A stretch of DNA of 64,000 nt from Promethearchaeota archaeon (lineage in GTDB: Archaea; Asgardarchaeota; Thorarchaeia; Thorarchaeales; Thorarchaeaceae), in assembly GCA_027031765.1 (NCBI GenBank), contig JALVPN010000110.1:33973-97972 (forward strand). Reading direction: 5' to 3'. The number at the start of each line of letters is the position of its first letter. The first letter of the stretch is position 1. The notes below the pieces were generated by a model. The model saw only the letters and a list, made by a program, of their open reading frames with translations, was not told the DNA's origin and searched no databases. Shown piece by piece: positions 57,483 through 64,000 of the stretch. The translations under genes and the position numbers were made by a program.

Positions 57483-58010
57483 TCATCCCCCGTGCCGGAC
57501 AAACCAGCCAATGTCGACTAGGTTCCTCGCAACGAGGTCATCGTCGCTCAACAGTTTCAGTCTCTCCGCGTCCACTGACAGTACGGCAAGCCCAAGACAG
57601 TGCCCGTCCTCGTCGACCACAACAACTTTCCGTCCCCGTCTGAGTCCCGCCGGTATGTCTACTACGGACTCCCTGATAATACTGCGTCCATATGTGAAGG
57701 CCTCAGCACCACGGCGTGACACGACCAGTCGCACTCTGGTGAACTCTGACAGCCTCCTGACTGCACTCAGGCTGAGTCTGACCTGCTCTCCGACAATGTC
57801 CGCAAGGGCCTCCCCGGCATGGCGCAGCTCAAACTCGTCGTGATCCATTTCTAGGAGGTCAAGCCACTGTACAGGCACCATGAACACCGTGTAGCCCTTT
57901 CTTGTGGGGACACGCACAGGAGTCCTGTCCCTCAGCATGTGTGCTGTGGCGCCGGCACCGAAGTTGTTGTCAATCCATGTCTGAATCCTCTCCCACTCCT
58001 CGGGACTCAT
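57483..58010 (-). CDS. nip7: Nip7-like ribosome biogenesis protein with C-terminal PUA domain
   Basis: MSPEEWERIQTWIDNNFG... N-domain plus a PUA-like C-terminus (RKVVVVDEDGHCLGLAVL); the ORF's upstream extension overlaps the neighbouring gene and is discarded. Confidence 0.55.
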   Translation of the reverse strand: MSPEEWERIQTWIDNNFGAGATAHMLRDRTPVRVPTRKGYTVFMVPVQWLDLLEMDHDEFELRHAGEALADIVGEQVRLSLSAVRRLSEFTRVRLVVSRRGAEAFTYGRSIIRESVVDIPAGLRRGRKVVVVDEDGHCLGLAVLSVDAERLKLLSDDDLVARNLVDIGWFVRHGG

Positions 58011-58029
58011 TGGTTCGGCCCACACCGTT

Positions 58030-59001
58030 TCATTCCTCCTTACGTATCTTGCATATGAAGAACCCTTCTGTCCCGTCAGTGTGTGGCAGAAAACGTCTTG
58101 CCCGTGCAATTGTCGAGTCCAGCTGGACGCCGTATGGACTTGTGTATGCAGGTATTCCGAATGCACTCCCGACCTCCTCGAGGACGACGTCGTCCCGTCG
58201 TCTGAGAATGCCGTCCACAACGAACTCGTCCTCCTCTGGTGCAATCGAACAGGTGGCATAGACAAGGATTCCGCCAGGTCTGAGGGCACCCAGTGCTGCA
58301 TCGAGCATCTCGTCCTGACGGGTGGCACAGTACCTGATGTCCGCCATTGACTTGCTCGTCTTCCTCGACGGGTCGCGGGGTATCAGCCCCTCCCCTGAAC
58401 ATGGTGCATCAAGCAAGATCCTGTCCGGACTGATGCCCAGCCGTCCGACTCTCCTCGCATCGCCCCGCAGCACAACCGTGTTGTTGACGCCACAGCGGGC
58501 AAGGTTCCCCCGGAGGGCCCCTATCCTCTGCTCGTCTGTGTCCATGGCGACAACTAGCCCCGTGTTGTGCATTCTCTGGGCGATGTGGGTCGTCTTACCG
58601 CCCGGCGCAGCAGCCAGGTCCATCACCACCTCGCCTGGTCTCGGATCCAGGATGTGGACGGCTGTCATCGATGGCACGCTCTGGACATAGTAGTATCCCC
58701 ACATGTACTCGAACAGAGCGCCCGGTGACACATCGCCGAACTCAGCTAGGTACCCCTCCTCAAGCCACGGGACTTGAGTCAGTACGACACCTTTCTTGGT
58801 CAGGCGTCCGACCACCTCGTCGGCAGTCGTCAGGAGAGTGTTGACCCTGATTGCCCTCTTCACGGGCCTCTCACAGGCCTCTATGAAGCGCAGGGTCTCC
58901 TCCTCACCCCATAGCGCTAGGTACCGCTCGACCATATACGGGAGATAGCCATGTACCTCCGAAATCTGCTTTGCGCGTTGTCTGATCTCCCGTCTACTCA
59001 T
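58030..59001 (-). CDS. NOL1/NOP2/Sun-family RNA (cytosine-C5) methyltransferase
   Basis: VVMDLAAAPGGKTTHIA, DAPCSGEG and YATCS catalytic motifs. Confidence 0.8.
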   Translation of the reverse strand: MSRREIRQRAKQISEVHGYLPYMVERYLALWGEEETLRFIEACERPVKRAIRVNTLLTTADEVVGRLTKKGVVLTQVPWLEEGYLAEFGDVSPGALFEYMWGYYYVQSVPSMTAVHILDPRPGEVVMDLAAAPGGKTTHIAQRMHNTGLVVAMDTDEQRIGALRGNLARCGVNNTVVLRGDARRVGRLGISPDRILLDAPCSGEGLIPRDPSRKTSKSMADIRYCATRQDEMLDAALGALRPGGILVYATCSIAPEEDEFVVDGILRRRDDVVLEEVGSAFGIPAYTSPYGVQLDSTIARARRFLPHTDGTEGFFICKIRKEE

Positions 59002-59054
59002 CAGGTGTCCTCTCCAGTCCGGACCCCGTCATGTCGGTACACTCCGTCCGGTTC

Positions 59055-60347
59055 TCATCTCCCGCCTGCTGACGCACCCATCGCCCTGACAAGCTCGTCC
59101 ACGGTCGGGCCTATTAGCACTTCTCTCGGGGTGAGCATGTCCACGGTGTCAAGGTCTTTGAAGCCGGTGCCGGTGACCGGTACCACGACGGTATCTGATG
59201 GGTCTATTGTCCCGTCTGATATCAGCGTGTCGACCGCAGCCAGTGCTGCCACCCCGCTTGGTTCGGCAAACACACCCTCGGTCTGGGCGAGGAGGGTCAA
59301 GCTTGCTCTGATACTCTCGTCCGTAACAGTGACCGCCGTGCCATCTCCTATCTTCAGGTACCTTAGTGCTGCGTCCCCGTCCCAGGGGTAGGGGTCTGCC
59401 AGACCACCCGCAACAGTGTCACTTGAGTCCCACGGAGCGATGTCCAGTGGGTCTTGTCCCTCCTCGAACGCCCTCACAATCGGTGCGCATCCCGAGGGTT
59501 GCACGACGACCGGCCGGGGGAGGTCGTCTATCAGTCCCATCTGCTGGAACTCCCACAGCCCCTTCATTGTCCCGGCCATCAGCCCACCACTGCCCGTAGG
59601 GAAGAGGATCCAGTCGGGGGTCGTCCAGTCCATCTGCTCTGCAATCTCGTAGCCCAGGGACTTGGTGCCCTCAAACTGGAAACAGTTGAAGGGGCCGAAA
59701 GATGGTGTTGGTGTCCATCCCAGGTCGTTGCATGCTGCACGCAACAGTGTGGTCGTCGGGTCAACACCTTCCTTGACCTTGCGGACCCTGAAGACACGGC
59801 CCCCCAGTGTCCGGAGGTGGACTAGCTTTGCAGCGGGTGCGTCCTCTGGCACGAAGACCACAGCTTGTAGGCCGGCCCTTGCAGCATAGGTGGCCATGGA
59901 TGCGGCTGCGTTCCCTGATGATGCAACTGCCACCGTGTCAGCCCCGTCCTCCAACGCCCGTGTGACGCCGACACATATCGGTCTGTCCTTGAATGACCCT
60001 GACGGGTTCATGGTCTCAAGCTTCAGCCATAGGTGCTCTAGGCCCAGCATGCCGCCGAGACGTCGTGCACGGACAAGGGGCGTAGCCCCTTCACCGAGTG
60101 TGACTATTGACCGGCGTTGTCGTACCGGCATGAGTTCGAAGTACTTCCAGAGCCCCCCATATCTGTGACCGAGTTCCTCCCGTGTCAGGACTTCACGTAT
60201 GGCCTCAAGGTCAAGTGAAATGTCAATCCTCCCACCGCAGCCATCATTTGGTGGAGCACTACTGTCGTCGTAGGCCCTGCCGCAGCGGGCACACTGGTAC
60301 TTGATAGTCCTGTGCAATGCACCACCTCCCACTAGGACTGTTGCCAA
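59055..60347 (-). CDS. thrC: threonine synthase
   Basis: N-terminal zinc ribbon, PLP-lysine motif SFKDRP, GNAAAS; typical archaeal ThrC length. Confidence 0.8.
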   Translation of the reverse strand: MATVLVGGGALHRTIKYQCARCGRAYDDSSAPPNDGCGGRIDISLDLEAIREVLTREELGHRYGGLWKYFELMPVRQRRSIVTLGEGATPLVRARRLGGMLGLEHLWLKLETMNPSGSFKDRPICVGVTRALEDGADTVAVASSGNAAASMATYAARAGLQAVVFVPEDAPAAKLVHLRTLGGRVFRVRKVKEGVDPTTTLLRAACNDLGWTPTPSFGPFNCFQFEGTKSLGYEIAEQMDWTTPDWILFPTGSGGLMAGTMKGLWEFQQMGLIDDLPRPVVVQPSGCAPIVRAFEEGQDPLDIAPWDSSDTVAGGLADPYPWDGDAALRYLKIGDGTAVTVTDESIRASLTLLAQTEGVFAEPSGVAALAAVDTLISDGTIDPSDTVVVPVTGTGFKDLDTVDMLTPREVLIGPTVDELVRAMGASAGGR

Positions 60348-60391
60348 GTATTTGAATCAGATGGAAATGCCTATCACCACCTCTGTACACG

Positions 60392-61012
60392 TTGGATACC
60401 ACCCTACAAGAGTCGAAGTGCCTACACATGATCGGGCCAACAAGATATGAGGTAGAACTCAAGATTCCTGTCCGTTCTCTTGGGCCAGTGTCACAGCGTC
60501 TGCAGCAACTCGGTGCCACACGTCGTGGTACTGTGACCCATATGGACGAGTACTATGCCCACCCGTGTCGTTCCTTCCAGCAGACTGATGAGGCCCTCCG
60601 CCTCCGGGCCTCCTTTGACGGTGTGCTGGGACCAGACGCAGTGACAGCAGCCCCCTCTCGTGTCACTCTCACCTATAAGGGCCCACGGATTGGCGGCCGG
60701 TCAAAGACACGTACCGAGTTTGATGTCGGTGTGACGGACATGGTGTCTGCAAGGAGTATCCTGTTGTCCCTCGGCTTCAAGCACATAGCCACCGTCACAA
60801 AGCACCGCACACTATACGTCCTCGGCGATTCGGTCGTCACCCTCGATACGGTGCCAGAGCTGGGCAGCTTTGTTGAGCTGGAGCGCGTGGTGGGGACGCG
60901 TCCAGAGGTCGATGTGGTGCTCGCCAGACTGGCCGAGACCGCACAGGAGCTGGGCCTGGACCCCTCTGCTGCTGTACGTGACTCATACCTTGAGATGCTC
61001 CTCCGACGGTAG
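60392..61012 (+). CDS. CYTH-domain (triphosphate tunnel metalloenzyme) protein
   Basis: YEVELKIPV beta-strand with ExExK motif and downstream acidic strands. Confidence 0.6.
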   Translation: MDTTLQESKCLHMIGPTRYEVELKIPVRSLGPVSQRLQQLGATRRGTVTHMDEYYAHPCRSFQQTDEALRLRASFDGVLGPDAVTAAPSRVTLTYKGPRIGGRSKTRTEFDVGVTDMVSARSILLSLGFKHIATVTKHRTLYVLGDSVVTLDTVPELGSFVELERVVGTRPEVDVVLARLAETAQELGLDPSAAVRDSYLEMLLRR

Positions 61013-61615
61013 GTCCTGCCCCGCCTCCCTGAGTTCGGCCTTCAGCTGTCTGACAAACTCCTGCAGCAACCGGTGCCGGTCCCGCGCCATCTCCCTCGCA
61101 ATATCGGTGTACAGCATGCTCCTGAGTCTCACCAGCTTCTCGTCTGCGTGTTTCAAGAACCCCTCTATGTTGCTTCTTGTCATAGTGGCCTCTGCAATGG
61201 CCCTGAAGACCCCCAGTGCCCCCATGGCGTCGAGTTTGTCGGCATCGCTCAGGACCCGCCCCTCAAGTGACCTCGGCCTGAGCCCCTCGCTGAACCTGTG
61301 TGTCCTGATGGCGCCCAGCACAGCTCTGATTTCGTCCGGCGTGTATCCCAGCCTCTCAAGCAATCCCCTGCTCATCTCTCCCGCTATGATGGCATGCGAG
61401 ATGCCTGTCCTTGCCTCCTGCGGTCTTGCAATGTCATGAAGGAGTGCCGCAGTGCCGAGCACCCTCAGGTTGGCACCGAGCCTCTTGCCAATCTCCATAG
61501 CAAGTGCGTACACCCTGCGTGTATGGTCGTAGTGGTGGGCCCCCTCTAGCCCGTAGAGGCAGCGCCTGACAAACTCGTCAATCTCTCTCTCAGGAAATGT
61601 AGTAGTGTACGTCAT
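60983..61615 (-). CDS. HD-domain phosphohydrolase
   Basis: H...HD (LLHDIARP) and DADKLDAMG motifs; start trimmed to MTYTTT. Confidence 0.6.
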   Translation of the reverse strand: MTYTTTFPEREIDEFVRRCLYGLEGAHHYDHTRRVYALAMEIGKRLGANLRVLGTAALLHDIARPQEARTGISHAIIAGEMSRGLLERLGYTPDEIRAVLGAIRTHRFSEGLRPRSLEGRVLSDADKLDAMGALGVFRAIAEATMTRSNIEGFLKHADEKLVRLRSMLYTDIAREMARDRHRLLQEFVRQLKAELREAGQDLPSEEHLKV

Positions 61616-61746
61616 AGACCGCCCCCGTGGTAGTTGGTGTGCCTTTCGAATTCTCGAAGACGTCTCTGCAAGAAACCCTTTAATTCGTTGTCTTTGAATG
61701 GTCATGAGGACAGTCTGTGTCCTGCGCCTCTCCACAGCTGCTTGTT

Positions 61747-64000
61747 GTGAGGTATGACTCGTTGAGCGCCGAAACTGTCACCAAACGAAAAGTGGGTCTG
61801 GGCACGCTAATCAGCTCCATATTCCTGATTGCCACAGTGGTATGGGGAGCTTACTCCCTGATCCTCGTAGAAGGTGGCTATGTGCGGGCCGAAACGCCCC
61901 ACGAGAAGTATGACCGGGTTGAACCATGGCCGTACAACATCGACTGGGCGGGTGGGCACCGTTTCTGGTTTGACAACCTCAACTATAGTGGCCTCAATAT
62001 GAACGACCCGTTGCCGCCAGACCTGCTCAACAACGACACATTTGACACCACACTGTTTGTAGTGTCTCCAGTTGACCCACCGCAGCTGTGGCGGAGCAGT
62101 GCGTTCGACGACTATGACGGGCATACATGGTCAAAGAGCATGAACAGCTCGTCCCCGGTCACACCAATCACGCGGTCTGATGCAGAGGCCCTCGGTAACA
62201 CAATCTACACGGTCTATCTCAATATTACTGCCGGGCCAAATGTGGGGAGCATTGAACTGCCAATCCTGTTTCCCGAGATACAGATTGTTGACGGCTCCCT
62301 CCATGCATATCCTGAGGAGCGGCTCCTGGAGTATTCTCTCCAGACTGATGACTACAACACGCTACTGTTCAACCCCCTTGTAGAGGGTGAAACCGGGTCG
62401 TCCCTCCTCGTGAGTTTCGATGTCACATATACCGTACAGGACCTTGCATACATTGCTCAGAACGCGCTGACAAAAGACCGCGTCCCCCCCTCAGTCCGTG
62501 ACACGTACGCCACCCTCAACATCGAGCTGTCGGACAATGTCCTCAACGAGATCTCTCAGTTCGACAGCGTGGGTTCCAACGTATACGAGACCGCCATGGC
62601 CGTACAGGCCTACTTTGCTATGAACTATGAGCTCAAGCTCGAACAGTACCAGGAACGGCCCGGGCCGGATGAGGAGGTGACGGACTGGTTCATCCAGCGT
62701 GGCGGTGGTCTTCCGATGGACTTTGCCACCGCCTACTGTGTGTTCATGAGGGCACTGGGAATTCCCGCGCGAGTGGTATATGGCTTCGCCGTGGGCGACA
62801 GGGTCAACGACGAGCACCGGGCAATCAAAGTCAAACACATGATGTTCTGGGCGGAAGTGTATGTGCCACTCGTCGGCGGCGGCCAGTGGGTCCAGGTCTT
62901 GCCACTACCTGTCCCAGAGGTGCCAGAGAACACAGCTCACGGCAACCTTGTCCTTCACGTGTTCCCCGACATTGACCCGCCGTGGACTATGATTGGCACT
63001 GGGTTCAACCTCAACGCAGTCCTCTTGGCCGACTCCGTGCCCACAGGTATCGGGGCCGCAATCACGTTCGCTGACGAAACAGATGAGGTTCCGATTGGCA
63101 CGGCAATAATCCAGGACTTTGGTGGCACCCCGATGGCAAGGATTGAGTACACGTTTCCCGAAGGCGCAACTGCCGGGCCACACAACATCTCTGCCACCTA
63201 CTACTCGTCGACCGGTGTCGTGAGGGGCTCCACTTTGGTGTATGCAGTTGCGCAGCCGGAACCCCTGAATGACCGGGTGCCACCACCGGCGCGCGATGGG
63301 CCTGGGGCTACGGCTGACGGCTTTGTAGTCTCGGATACAATAGATGTGAACATCAAGCTGGCACTGGACAACTACACTGCATACTGGGAAGACACAATCC
63401 ATGTGCACGGTGTCCTGACGTACGGTGGCAACCCCGTCGATGGTACCACCCTGAACAACGACCAGATGGAGATATACTGGGACGGCGAGTGGTGGGGGAA
63501 TGCGACAATTCAGGCCGACGGGAGCTATGCGCTCGACATCTATGCCGACCCGGCTGATGTCAGTAGGATGCGGCTCGGCCAGCATGAGATCTACTCGTAC
63601 TATGCTGGCGAGGTCGACCCCGTGACGGGCTTCCCAATCTATCTCCCTGCAACATCGGACACCTCGGTCGTCACCCTCCATGGCAGAACGCGTTTCAACC
63701 TGCAGGTCTCACCGAACCCGGCTGGCCGGCGTGCTACTCTGCGTTACGAGGGACGCCTGGAACTGCTCAACGGGACGCCCCTCCCGGGCCGAACGGTATC
63801 GGCATGGTTCAACTTCAGTACTGTTGACACGGTCGTCACAAACAGCACTGGGGGCTTTACTGCAGAGTATGTAGTCCCCGACGACCACCCACCTGGCACC
63901 TTCCCCGCAAACATGAGCTGGTCATCAAATGTCCCCCTAGTTGACAGCTCGTCCAGTGAAACTGTATGGGTTGATATCATTGCTATCAGTACAGTCCTGA
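61747..64000 (+). CDS. large membrane-anchored transglutaminase-like surface protein (partial, runs off window end)
   Basis: Hand-translated frame-1 ORF open from 61708 to the window end (missing from the track because no stop is reached); N-terminal TM (LGTLISSIFLIATVVWGAYSLILV); transglutaminase-like Cys/His/Asp core (DFATAYCVFMRALGIPARVVYGF...HMMFWAEVYV...); many N-x-S/T sequons; no in-frame ATG, so a GTG/TTG start is proposed. Confidence 0.65.
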   Translation, partial: MRYDSLSAETVTKRKVGLGTLISSIFLIATVVWGAYSLILVEGGYVRAETPHEKYDRVEPWPYNIDWAGGHRFWFDNLNYSGLNMNDPLPPDLLNNDTFDTTLFVVSPVDPPQLWRSSAFDDYDGHTWSKSMNSSSPVTPITRSDAEALGNTIYTVYLNITAGPNVGSIELPILFPEIQIVDGSLHAYPEERLLEYSLQTDDYNTLLFNPLVEGETGSSLLVSFDVTYTVQDLAYIAQNALTKDRVPPSVRDTYATLNIELSDNVLNEISQFDSVGSNVYETAMAVQAYFAMNYELKLEQYQERPGPDEEVTDWFIQRGGGLPMDFATAYCVFMRALGIPARVVYGFAVGDRVNDEHRAIKVKHMMFWAEVYVPLVGGGQWVQVLPLPVPEVPENTAHGNLVLHVFPDIDPPWTMIGTGFNLNAVLLADSVPTGIGAAITFADETDEVPIGTAIIQDFGGTPMARIEYTFPEGATAGPHNISATYYSSTGVVRGSTLVYAVAQPEPLNDRVPPPARDGPGATADGFVVSDTIDVNIKLALDNYTAYWEDTIHVHGVLTYGGNPVDGTTLNNDQMEIYWDGEWWGNATIQADGSYALDIYADPADVSRMRLGQHEIYSYYAGEVDPVTGFPIYLPATSDTSVVTLHGRTRFNLQVSPNPAGRRATLRYEGRLELLNGTPLPGRTVSAWFNFSTVDTVVTNSTGGFTAEYVVPDDHPPGTFPANMSWSSNVPLVDSSSSETVWVDIIAISTVL

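Noticed and set aside
62905-63681. 258-aa minus-strand ORF (and neighbours at 61807-62124 and 62491-62838)
   Set aside because: All are antisense to the long plus-strand transglutaminase-like gene, which has the protein-like frame and a recognisable domain.

Overview
This 64-kb window is a high-GC archaeal chromosome segment that is mostly housekeeping genes in conserved archaeal synteny. Reading left to right on the minus strand, the first block is the L12-L10-L1-L11-Spt5-SecE-FtsZ cluster, followed by a PfkB kinase, argF and FtsY. Next comes prefoldin alpha, LX, eIF6, L31e, L39e, a PDCD5-like protein and S19e. Further on are YhbY, Rpp21 and Nep1, then L37e and an LSm protein, then aCPSF1, the proteasome beta subunit, an FKBP, HemK, KsgA, a DUF655 protein, Rpo4 and L21e. 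The last third holds Pus10, Pth2, TruD, Alba, aCPSF2, L38e, L40e, SucCD, Nip7, a NOL1/NOP2 methyltransferase and ThrC. Five tRNA genes are present, and two of them (tRNA-Ala and tRNA-Thr) carry roughly 30-nt insertions at non-canonical positions, in the D-loop and the T-loop. Taken together, a eukaryotic-type topoisomerase IB, ribosomal protein L38e, the non-canonical tRNA introns and FtsZ/SepF point to a TACK-related (Bathyarchaeia/Thaumarchaeota-like) lineage; this is inference only. The least ordinary loci are listed below.
- Locus 14.55-17.9 kb: a low-GC, ORF-poor stretch inserted between S19e and YhbY. It encodes a membrane-anchored protein whose reading frame is broken at a G9 homopolymer and then continues into a Nudix-like domain plus about 330 residues of unknown function.
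- Spt5: it carries a C2HC zinc-finger insertion in its NGN domain.
- Hel308-like paralog: its Walker A and DExH motifs are ablated and it carries a SWIM zinc finger.
- Large SF2 helicase: it has an N-terminal winged helix.
- Methyltransferase island: a single gene of about 40% GC sits between L21e and Pus10.
- Direct repeat: a perfect 38-bp repeat copies the 3' end of aCPSF1.
- Window end: a large transglutaminase-like surface protein rich in glycosylation sequons runs off the end of the window.
No CRISPR array, rRNA gene or obvious mobile element was seen.
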